Shown here piece after piece: positions 41,754 to 50,895 of a stretch of DNA of 64,000 bases. Position numbers and translations under genes: made by a program. The notes below the pieces were generated by a model that was not told the DNA's origin, made no database searches, and worked only from the letters and a program-made list of their open reading frames with translations. The stretch's first letter is position 1. Every line of letters starts with the position of its first letter. This DNA comes from a bacterium (GTDB taxonomy: Bacteria > Hinthialibacterota > Hinthialibacteria > Hinthialibacterales > Hinthialibacteraceae): NCBI GenBank assembly GCA_963662285.2, contig CAXXMV010000002.1, positions 736,001 through 800,000 of the forward strand. Reading direction: 5' to 3'.

Positions 41754-42098
41754 ATGTCTACGGTTACCACATTAGAGAATTACCATACAATCATTACGGC
41801 TATCGCTGTCACCAATTCAGCGATTCAACTGATTGATCAGTGCATGGCAAAGGCCGAAAGAAGAAGGATTACTCATCATGAAAACTTAAGTACGCTAGAT
41901 GACCAAAAAGAAAAAGCCCTCTAGAATCTTGAGAAATCTTTGATGTCTTCTAACAATGTGATAAAAGAAGAAGCCCTCAAACATATTGATAATCCATCGC
42001 CTCAACTACCTAATTCTATTGTAGATCAATCCGCTCAGCCAAAACAGGAATCTTCACCCGACGATATCAAGGAAGAGAATCTATTAATGCTTGCATAA
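41754..42098 (+). pseudogene. Small phage-like gene divergent from the XRE gene, one in-frame TAG
   Basis: AGGAGA RBS; MSTVTT...KEKAL*NLEK...LLMLA; TAG at 41922-41924, and the frame stays open to TAA at 42096-42098. Confidence 0.5.
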
Positions 42099-42120
42099 CA
42101 ACCTAAGTGGAGGAAATACA

Positions 42121-42801
42121 ATGGATGCTCAACAACTAAATATCTATCAGAGAATTAATAAGGTGATGCAGGATGTTGCCTACATCAAGAAAAATGGGCG
42201 CAATAATTTCACAAAACAATCCTACGTATCTCATAACGATGTTGTCGCCCTCTTTCGCGAACCTTTAATACAACATGGCATCGTAGTCACGATAGAGTTC
42301 ACCAGCAGTAGTAGAAAAGAAATTGAAGAAAAAACTAAAATCTCCCATTTTACAGAGATATCCGCCAGAGCATGGTTTATTAATATCGATGTCCCAGAAG
42401 ACCGAACTTATATCGATGTAATGGCTCATGGTTCGGATTACAACGATCTCGGCCCAGGAAAGGCAATGTCTTATCTCAAAAAATACACCTTGCTCAACAT
42501 GTTCCTTGTCGAAACGGGAGAGAAGGACGCCGAATACGATTCAATGGGTAAAAATGGCGTCGCCCGTTATAGAGGCAATAATGGCGCCGCAACCCAAAAA
42601 TCAAGTTACCTGCCTGATCTTTACGACAGATTCCAAAAAGTCTGCAACACTCAGTTATACAATCCAATCAATACAATTCTCAAAGAAACTGATTTTCCAA
42701 CATTTGCAAATACAGATGATTTCGCCAGCGATATCCTGATAAATATTCTCCATAAACAGCGTGAAGAATTAACCAAAGAATTGGTTGATTATTTCGAATA
42801 A
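42121..42801 (+). CDS. ERF-family single-strand annealing protein (phage recombinase)
   Basis: GGAGG RBS; IKKNGRNNF...Y, GKAMSYLKKYTLLNMFLVETGEKDAE matches the ERF G-x-A-x-[ST]-Y-x-x-[KR]-Y motif. Confidence 0.85.
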   Translation: MDAQQLNIYQRINKVMQDVAYIKKNGRNNFTKQSYVSHNDVVALFREPLIQHGIVVTIEFTSSSRKEIEEKTKISHFTEISARAWFINIDVPEDRTYIDVMAHGSDYNDLGPGKAMSYLKKYTLLNMFLVETGEKDAEYDSMGKNGVARYRGNNGAATQKSSYLPDLYDRFQKVCNTQLYNPINTILKETDFPTFANTDDFASDILINILHKQREELTKELVDYFE

Positions 42802-42805
42802 AAAT

Positions 42806-43785
42806 TCAGACCTCCTGAGCTCACCCGTGGTTTGCGGTTCTCGCGGGATTTTGTTAGGATACTGGAGGGAAGGCCAATCCTGCAGAGTATGAGGGAGTTA
42901 AAAAAATGCCGCAGACCTTATTACCTCTATTCGCATCAGGCGAAGGATTCATATCCGAGTTGATTTCCTATCAAAAAAAAGATGGATCGGTGTACTACTT
43001 TCATGCCGGATTACCGGTTTTCAGTCATGGGGAAACCGACCTGAAAAGTTACCGCATGTTCACCAGCCAGTTGGCGGTCAGTGGAGTCTGCCGCCAAGTT
43101 GACATCATTAGAGCCTTTGGCATCAGCGCCATCAGTATGAAGCGATGGGTCAAGAAATACCGCGAGGAAGGCCCGGAAGCATTCTTCAAAACTCCGCGCC
43201 GACGTAGCGAACATGTCCTGATGCCGGAGGTGTTGCAAAAAACCCAAGACCTCTTATCGCAGGGCGTGAGCCGTTCCGAAGCAGCGAAGCAAATGAATCT
43301 AAAATCGAATACCTTGTCGAAGGCGATCTGCGCAGGCCGCTTGACCGAACCGGTAAAAAAAAAGACCTGAACGGCAGCAACAAAAGCCAGCGCAGCGCCC
43401 ACCCGTTTCGAGACCTCGCTGGACGGCTGCAATGGCGGCGCCCGAATCGGTCGGGCAATGGAGCCGCATCTTGTCACGGCATTGGATGGATAACGATCCA
43501 GAGGCGGCGGGAGTTCTGTATATTGTGCAAACTCAATTGGACCGAAGCGACGATGCCCGCTCATTGATCCGGGAAATATTTGCGACGGATACGGATCTCA
43601 TTCCGGATGAGGAAAACAAAACCTTAACGGTGCAGTTGCACCATTTGACCAACCACCTATCAGATCAAGCTGCCCGCAACTTAGCAGCGAATCTCAACGC
43701 CACAGAAACCATCTACCCCGGCATGAACTTGCGACTAATCTACAAACTGGTATCGGATGAAATTCCACCAGATCAGGAGGTCTGA
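42806..43785 (+). mobile_element. Internally deleted IS-like element (HTH ORF + fused ends of the transposase ORF)
   Basis: Perfect 13-bp IRs TCAGACCTCCTGA (42806-42818) / TCAGGAGGTCTGA (43773-43785); HTH ORF 42906-43370; short transposase C-terminus (DDARSLIREIF...LNATETIYPGMNLRLIY). Confidence 0.82.
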
Positions 43786-44412
43786 TATTATCGTTATAGT
43801 TTTAACCCAGTCGCTTTTGTTTATCCTCTGAGTATTGTTATTCCTGAGGAAGTGACGTTTTCTGACTTCAATGATGGAAAATCCATTATAGTGTGTAATC
43901 AAAGTTATATGAATAAAGATATGGAACTTGAAATTCAGTATATACCTCATGATGATAATGAATTTCTTTCCCAAAAAACTATTTTTATTTTCCGCCCTAA
44001 AGATGATACTTGGATAGAAAGTTATATCTGGATAGTAAAACTATCAAATTATAAAATAATATCGGATTTACTGTTTCCATCTTCATTTGATATCACTTTT
44101 TGTAAACAAATAAAGGATATGGATACTCAAAATATTCGGTATAATCATAATATAAGTGATGATATCATATGGGATATTGATGATGGATCGGAGGATGCAA
44201 TAGAGAATTATTATATAAAATATAATTTAAATATTAAATCTGCTGTATTTAATATTTTGGATAAATCGTCATTCTGGAAAAACGCTCCTGATGGCTATAG
44301 TTATAATGATGTTAGAGGGAAATATAAAAACTTAAGGTCGAGAAAGAGAACACTAAGCGATAAAGAAAAACAAATTATTTCAGGGGTGGGTCCGCACATA
44401 TTTGAAAAATAG
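43786..44412 (+). pseudogene. 5'-truncated AT-rich hypothetical gene
   Basis: The frame of ORF 43852..44412 is open right up to the IS right end (TAT TAT CGT... from 43786) with no RBS or ATG start. Confidence 0.55.
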
Positions 44413-44517
44413 AGTACATTCTGTTGAAGAGAGCATTCTCGACACGGGTGTTTCTGAGTACTTTCGATTTTCCAATCTGCGTAATAATCAAAATATAACT
44501 AACGTTATCAGGGTGAC

Positions 44518-45048
44518 TTACATTACCGGCGGAGAAATTTTTCTATGGCGGGTTATCCGGTAAACCGCTATGGCTGCTATGGCGATTAGAATAGCTGCTT
44601 GTATAGAGCGTTTTTCTGTATATCGGCTATACAGAAAAATGGCTAATCCAAGAATAATTAATTCTAATAACATCCAATAAGGTATAAAGATTGTGAGCGG
44701 CTTCTCCATAATATCCAGGATATCTATCCCGTCGGGATAATCATATTCAATAAATGGCCAGAACCAGGGCACGAAATCTGCATCGCCGATCAGGTGCGCC
44801 AAGTGACCGATCATGTACGAATATGCAATCCGCCAGTTGAAGATGAGATGAACTGCTAATGTGACTACCGCAACGCCAAGCAGACTATGCATGGGGCAGC
44901 GTCCGTAGGGCGTTATATAGAAGATATCGTTGAGAGGTTTATCAATCAGGTCAGGTAGAAATCCGCCAGCGATGACCGGAATTAGATCAGCGTTGAAATA
45001 GCGGGCGCCGAGGATGGAAAATGCCAAATGACCGGGTACAGGATACAT
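44518..45048 (-). CDS. Membrane-bound metal-dependent hydrolase (YdjM/DUF457-like)
   Basis: PGH, LPDLIDKP, HSL, HLAHLIGD, WFWPF. Confidence 0.8.
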   Translation of the reverse strand: MYPVPGHLAFSILGARYFNADLIPVIAGGFLPDLIDKPLNDIFYITPYGRCPMHSLLGVAVVTLAVHLIFNWRIAYSYMIGHLAHLIGDADFVPWFWPFIEYDYPDGIDILDIMEKPLTIFIPYWMLLELIILGLAIFLYSRYTEKRSIQAAILIAIAAIAVYRITRHRKISPPVM

Positions 45049-45160
45049 TGCGTTCTACTTTTTAATATGATGACAGGATATTAGCAGGGGCGATGTTGAA
45101 TGCAAGGGACTAATAATATGCAGGTTGTTGTTTTGCACTCTGTATATGGTTAACACAAAA

Positions 45161-45192
45161 GAAAAAAGGCGGTCTCATGCGAGACCGCCTTT
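45161..45192 (-). terminator. Rho-independent terminator of the CBM9 gene
   Basis: AAAGGCGGTCTC-ATGC-GAGACCGCCTTT hairpin with a U-tract on the minus strand. Confidence 0.8.
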
Positions 45193-45215
45193 GATTGATC
45201 ATAGGGTGATTAAGA

Positions 45216-46700
45216 TTAAAATAGCGACCATTCCGCAACTGGAGTTGAACCACTGCCAGCTAGAGTCAGTTCGCCGTAGGACGATTCATTATGGGCGCGT
45301 CCATTCCACATAAGCTGGGTTTTGGGTTGTGTTGCGAGGCTGTCATCATCGTTGACGGCAATGTCAAAACCGATTGTGGAACCATCTTCAGGATTAACAA
45401 CCAGATATTCTTTGACGATTTTGAATTCAACCTGGAATCCTGTATCGGTCATACTGGTTGCGGCGAACCAATCGCCATTCTCGTCAAAGAATGGATTGTT
45501 GGCTTCGACATCTCGCCAGGCGCCGTTGGCTGTCAGGACATACTGGCCTTCATATATCGACTCTGCGCTGCGTCCCCGGTCACCGGAAGCATCGGCGTCG
45601 ATAAAGATTTCTACGCTGTCGTCATTCCATGTGCTGCCATCTTCGGAACCTGCAGTTGCTGAATCGGTGACAACCAAATCGTCTGTTACACTAACAGCGA
45701 CATAAATGGCTTCGTCGTCGTGAATTACCCAGGCGTTCCAATCGTGATCGCCGATTGTCCAGTCATCGTTGCCATTGTATACACCGTTGAAATGATTGAT
45801 GACGATTTCGTCTGCCCCGGCATATTCAGCAGCGTTTATGACGCCATCAACAGTTGGGGCGGCTGTCTTGGGAGCAGTATAACTTCTTGGTCCCATGACT
45901 AAGTTGCCGTAGGTAACTTCTTCGTGAGTGTTACCAATCCAGGTGTACTGATTTTCAATTCCATCGCCCGTATCATCGTCATTTACGCAAATAGTGAAAC
46001 CGATGATGTCGCCCGGTTGGGGATTTCCAATCGTGCTAAGTGAGATTCGGAATTCGGCGTCGTAAGTACCCATGCCTTGATCATCTTCGGACATGGTTGT
46101 TAGAGCGTACCAAGCCGCATCCGGGCCATAACCGGGGTTGCCTGCTTCTGCTTCACGGTATGCATTATTGATGGTAATTACGTATTGACCGCCAGTGTCG
46201 ACTATTTCAGGATTAGAGCCAGTAGTGTCTCGATCTACAAAATTACTGTTGTCTCCATCCACGAAGACTTCGATGCTGTCATCTTCCCAGGTCGAACCGT
46301 TTGCGGAACCAGCTTCTGCTGAGTCGTCGTAAAGAATATCGTCTGCGACTCGCACCGCTACATAGAGATTATCGGCATCATAGCCAACCCACATTTGCAC
46401 GCGCAAATCTTCTTCATACAGAGGTCCTTCACCCACTGATGGATTTGCAACTGCGCCTTCCATGAAATCTAAAACATTTTCGTTCCATTGCATAACCCAA
46501 TAAGATGATCCATCAGGTTGTGCTCCAGTCGCATAAACCCATGATTCACCACCGTCTAGATCGATAACTCCATCAATCACTGGCGGTGCGGGCAATGGCA
46601 TAGCCACGCGAGTCTTTGTTTCATCAAATGTTGTCCGGTCTGCGACTGCAACGCCGCATACGAGCATTGCTGTCATGGTGAATAAAAAAAACTTCTGCAT
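45216..46700 (-). CDS. Secreted sugar-binding protein with two CBM9/DOMON-like domains
   Basis: Signal peptide (..GVAVA-D); two repeats of P.[IV]DGVI...[LI]YVAV.V.DD...W.DDS[IV]E[VI]F[VI]D...IGF.I.VNDDD; ends TPVAEWSLF. Confidence 0.85.
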   Translation of the reverse strand: MQKFFLFTMTAMLVCGVAVADRTTFDETKTRVAMPLPAPPVIDGVIDLDGGESWVYATGAQPDGSSYWVMQWNENVLDFMEGAVANPSVGEGPLYEEDLRVQMWVGYDADNLYVAVRVADDILYDDSAEAGSANGSTWEDDSIEVFVDGDNSNFVDRDTTGSNPEIVDTGGQYVITINNAYREAEAGNPGYGPDAAWYALTTMSEDDQGMGTYDAEFRISLSTIGNPQPGDIIGFTICVNDDDTGDGIENQYTWIGNTHEEVTYGNLVMGPRSYTAPKTAAPTVDGVINAAEYAGADEIVINHFNGVYNGNDDWTIGDHDWNAWVIHDDEAIYVAVSVTDDLVVTDSATAGSEDGSTWNDDSVEIFIDADASGDRGRSAESIYEGQYVLTANGAWRDVEANNPFFDENGDWFAATSMTDTGFQVEFKIVKEYLVVNPEDGSTIGFDIAVNDDDSLATQPKTQLMWNGRAHNESSYGELTLAGSGSTPVAEWSLF

Positions 46701-46877
46701 AGAAAAACCTCCGATAAAATAAGTATTAATTTATAAGTCGAATATGATCATGTCACATAAATATAGATATTGTCAATGGTTAGAGCGATAAATTGTATTT
46801 TATTGGCGTTGGAGCAGTTCTCGATAATTTGTTCGTGTATAATTATCGAGAACCGTTCTAACGGGTAGGTGTTATAA

Positions 46878-47636
46878 ATGAAAATTACATTATTTATGAG
46901 ACGAGAATGTTGCGGCGCGGCATTAGTCTTCATGATAATCGCCCTAACGCCAGCTTTAGGTTTTGGTCAGCCCCAAGGACCTCAATGGCTTGGATTGGAA
47001 GGAGCGGCCAACTCGCGCGATGCAGGCGGCTATATCAACCAAAAAGGCCAGATCGTTCGCCGAGGGTTGCTATTGCGCTCTAACGCATTAGGCGGTTTAA
47101 CCGATGCGGGCTGCGTCCAGTTCGCGGAGTTGAAGGTCAAAACTGTGGTTGATTTCCGCATGGACTGGCAGGTGGATGCCTTGCCTGACCCCGTCTGCGT
47201 CATGGATATGGCTAATTATAATCATCATCCCATCGATATTATCGGCGTCACCTGGGAAGAGGTCTATACCAATATTGTCAACCTCTATTCCGAATCAATT
47301 ACTAAGACTTTTAACCTATTAGCCGATTCCGGAAATCTTCCATTATTGGTTCATTGCGCCGCAGGCAAGGATCGCACCGGGATCTTTGTAGCATTGGTTC
47401 ATAAACTGTTAGGAGTGAGTGACCAGGATATCATGCAAGACTTTCTTCTCTCGCTAGAAGCTAATTATAATGTCTCCTCCGGCTGGCTGGAGACCATTTT
47501 GACTCTGATCGAACAAGAAGGTGGCATAGAAACCTTCCTAACCAATCGCGGCGTCACCCCCCAAACCCAAAACGCCGTGCAGCGTAATTTACTGACTACG
47601 TCCAGTCGCGTGAGTCAATGGTCATTGTATGATTGA
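46878..47636 (+). CDS. Secreted protein-tyrosine/dual-specificity phosphatase (PtpB/IphP type)
   Basis: Signal peptide; NSRDAGGY, LLRS, VVDFR, P-loop HCAAGKDRTG; ends SSRVSQWSLYD. Confidence 0.88.
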   Translation: MKITLFMRRECCGAALVFMIIALTPALGFGQPQGPQWLGLEGAANSRDAGGYINQKGQIVRRGLLLRSNALGGLTDAGCVQFAELKVKTVVDFRMDWQVDALPDPVCVMDMANYNHHPIDIIGVTWEEVYTNIVNLYSESITKTFNLLADSGNLPLLVHCAAGKDRTGIFVALVHKLLGVSDQDIMQDFLLSLEANYNVSSGWLETILTLIEQEGGIETFLTNRGVTPQTQNAVQRNLLTTSSRVSQWSLYD

Positions 47637-47683
47637 TCTCCTTATTCAATCTTTGACATTCTCAACCTATGGGATAAAGCGAA

Positions 47684-47833
47684 GTAGGATGGGACAAAGC
47701 AATTGAAATTCTCTTCATTTCAACTACCCTGGCAGCGTGTCCCATCAAAACCACTCAAGAATCAAAAGTGATTCCTATGGGACACGCTACGGAGGTAGTT
47801 TTGAGGAAAAGTTTTTTTGCTTTGTCCCATCTA
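47684..47833. repeat. REPIN-like long hairpin (two inverted GTAG-type REP units)
   Basis: GTAGGATGGGACAAAGCAA pairs with TTGCTTTGTCCCATCTA; AACTACC with GGTAGTT; AGCGTGTCCCAT with ATGGGACACGCT. Confidence 0.75.
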
Positions 47834-47956
47834 TGACGAAACGGTAAAAAGTCAAAAACTGTTTTTATGACCACAATACTTAGTGGATATTCATAAGACT
47901 TATATACAAGATATAGTGTGAGTTTCGTCTTTCATCTACTTTTTGCCGACTCATCA
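47834..47956. mobile_element. 123-bp MITE, copy 1
   Basis: Imperfect TIRs TGACGAAACGGTAAAAAGT / ACTTTTTGCCGACTCATCA; flanked by TCTA direct repeat; 109/123 identical to 60807-60929. Confidence 0.85.
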
Positions 47957-48248
47957 TCTATGATGCGCTTTGTTCTTAACACAAATACTCCCCAATTTTT
48001 CTAATTAATAATTTATAATATTTCCTAAATACAATCGATGCAATATCGTTCAGATTGCATTTATCTATTATCATAAATTCGGTATAATCATACATTTAGT
48101 ATTATTTATATTTTTTTTCTCGTATATTTATGTAGAAATAAGTAATAATAAATTAATGATTTAAATTACAACTTCTGCTTGACATGATTCTGTTTTTGTG
48201 ATTAGTATTAAATCATGAAGCATTCATAACACATCTCAGGAGGACAGC

Positions 48249-49958
48249 ATGAACAGAATTGCAGCAATGGTCATGTCCGGTTTTTTGGCGCTTTTTTGCC
48301 TTCCAACCGGGTTCGCACAGGATTAGCAGCCGGTTCCGGTTTCGGAGTATGCCAAGAAATCCGGGCCAAACACTCTTACCTTCCTCAGTTACCCCAAGTA
48401 TTACAAAGACGCTGAGCAGAAACTTACATTGGTAAAAACCAATCTGGTTGAGTCCGGCGATCCCCAGTGGGATTACGAGGTCACCACGGGCATCTGGACT
48501 TTGCGGGTGCGCACTGATGGAACCTTCCAGGCCGAACATCAGGGCGACATCTTCAGTTACCAGTTGTCCGGCGTTGGAGTCGGTCGCGGGGAAGCCTTCA
48601 AGGCCTTCGATTGGGGAACGCCCGTCTGGAAGAACTACCAGATCATGGGGGATACGATCCGCTGGTCGGATGTTTTTCCTGACGTCGATCTCTCGGTGCG
48701 ATATATTCACGATATCCTAAAAGTTGACGTAATCGTGAAGGCGGCGTTGATGAATCAGATTCGGGACGAAGTGCAAAAAGGCAACCTCAATGCAGAGGAT
48801 TACCTGACTGCGCGTTTCGATATCCCCGGAGTCGCGGAAATGTCAGCCAACCTCGGCGACCTGGCTAAAGCGCCGGAAGGCGATGTTGTGATTGATCCAT
48901 CTGAAGATTTTAATAATTCAGATCTTGATACATTGTTAGTCGATGGAAGTGGACCGTATGGTTCTAGTGGAATTGTTGATTGGGGTGGTGATGACCGCCT
49001 TCTTTTTGGCTTTGATGTTAGTGTTTTTCCATCTTATAGTGAAATCGATTCTTCATCTCTTCGATTCAAAATATATCAGAACCGTACGGCGGCTGATGCG
49101 GCATTTACTGCTTATAAAGTTACAACCTCTTGGGATGAATCTACTGCTGATTGGGATACTCCGTGGAGTACGGACGGAGGTGACTATGATAGTAGTGTTA
49201 GTACAGGGAATATAGTTATTCTTTACGATTACGAAGGTAGGTTTGAAAATCTAGATGTATCAAACATCTTGAACTCACATCTTAGCAATTCAGAAGATGA
49301 TGTTAAAACAAAAGGAGTCTTGTTGAAACGCAATGCTTCTTACGACACAAGCAATATTCGTATTTATACAAACAATGCGACATATTCTGATGATCGCCCG
49401 ATATGAACAGTGGATTATACTACTGTTCATAAACTAACATTCTACAAGCATCAAAATACGAGTTTCAACATAAGCACTGCAGATTCTTGGATTTCTTCTG
49501 GAAATTTTGCAATTCAGACAGATGATAGTGGAGTGCCTATTGGAGATGATTACGTAGCCAAGGCTGAAATGCAAAGAGAAGGCAGTCTTTCAATGCCAGG
49601 AGATATTGCGGATAATTTTACAGCTGTATTGGATGTTTCTGATAAAACTGATATTTTTGAGTTACTTTCAAATGATGCTACTGGAGAACATAAAGTCTAC
49701 ATTGTTAGTGAAATAAATATTGATGGTTCTGTGTATTTTGGATATGCTCAAGTTTTTGGACGATGTATGATTCATGATGATGTTGCTAATTCTAAAACCT
49801 TGATACATGAACTTGGGCATAATGTAGGTTTAAGACATACGCTGGAAACTTCGGATTATTGGTATTTTATTATGCATCCAGGTGGCGGCGGCGATTATAA
49901 GCGTTTTTTAAGGGCTGAAGATGTGACAAGGTTTGAGAAAAAACAGTGTTGCGATTAA
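48249..49958 (+). pseudogene. Secreted modular protein: signal peptide + N-terminal domain + DNRLRE-like domain + metzincin-type metalloprotease, broken by two in-frame stops
   Basis: AGGAGG RBS, ATG 48249 (MNRIAAMV...GFAQD), TAG at 48324, same frame as ORF 48429..49406, TGA at 49404 (RPI*TVDY), same frame as ORF 49410..49958; HELGHNVGLRH and Met-turn IMHP. Confidence 0.8.
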
Positions 49959-49974
49959 ACAAGGAGAAAATACA

Positions 49975-50703
49975 ATGAAAATCAATACTAAATCAGTTAA
50001 TATGTTACTACTCATAATCGTCTTTTTTACTCCATTATCTTATGGTGAGATTCTGGATGATGGTGATATACATGATACATTTACTGATCAGGATCACACA
50101 GTCTTAAACAATTACCATGAGAATGATTTAGAAAAGAAGATTGAAGATATATCAATAAAAGATTACATTATTGATAAAATACAAAATGGTAAAGATGCAA
50201 TCGAAATCAGAAATGGATATAGTTTGATATATGCATTGACAGAACAGCATCAATTATACTTCGAACCTATCCTCATAGAACATATCACGAAGCAAATAAA
50301 CAGCGAAACCCTTTCTTATAAATATGAAATAATCGAGGGTAATGTTGTTTTATTAAGTGCGTTATACACAATAGGAATTATCAGAACAGAGAAATCCATT
50401 GATTTTTTACTTCAATTAATAGAACCAGTCGATCTATGGCGAGACTCTTTGAAGAAAGCGATTCAAAAGAATAATGATAGGGATATTTTGATCGAAGAAA
50501 TTCGCATTCGGTCAATGGGGTCTTTACTACAGCCGCAAGATGAAATAGGTAAGGAATTATTGGGCGTTATCGAAAAGAAGATCGGAAATTTCACAAGTGA
50601 TGATCCTCTTAAATCAAGAATGGAAAAGAAGATTAATACATGGAAGAAGATATATGCTAAGATAGATTCAAGTGGAAATGGCCTCTTTGAAAATATCAAG
50701 TGA
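49975..50703 (+). CDS. Exported helical protein directly downstream of the metalloprotease gene (possible inhibitor/immunity partner)
   Basis: AAGGAG RBS, MKINTKSVNMLLLIIVFFTPLSYG signal peptide; HEAT-like segment ALYTIGIIRTEKSIDFLLQL. Confidence 0.6.
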   Translation: MKINTKSVNMLLLIIVFFTPLSYGEILDDGDIHDTFTDQDHTVLNNYHENDLEKKIEDISIKDYIIDKIQNGKDAIEIRNGYSLIYALTEQHQLYFEPILIEHITKQINSETLSYKYEIIEGNVVLLSALYTIGIIRTEKSIDFLLQLIEPVDLWRDSLKKAIQKNNDRDILIEEIRIRSMGSLLQPQDEIGKELLGVIEKKIGNFTSDDPLKSRMEKKINTWKKIYAKIDSSGNGLFENIK

Positions 50704-50784
50704 CCTCTTTCTTCATGTATTGAACTTTGACCGATTGAAATAAAAAATCGCGGGTGACACCGTCCGTGTGTAAAAGCAATAACC

Positions 50785-50824
50785 ATCCCCGGAGTGTGGA
50801 ACGCCCAACCCCGCCTCCGGGGAT
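50785..50824. repeat. Hairpin repeat, copy 1
   Basis: ATCCCCGGAG-TGTGGAACGCCCAACCCCGC-CTCCGGGGAT. Confidence 0.7.
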
Positions 50825-50895
50825 TCATACTTCATTTTTTGATTGGGAGCCGCGCGCCAGGGGTATTAATAACACATCTAGGAAGGAGAGCAACT

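Noticed and set aside
18631-49406. Stop-codon reassignment (TGA=Gly/Trp or TAG=Gln/Pyl) suggested by the in-frame stops
   Set aside because: Conserved genes in the window end normally at TAG (hemL, fkp, wzm) and TGA (wzt, the 1185-aa gene), and the two TGAs would need different residues (Gly vs Leu)
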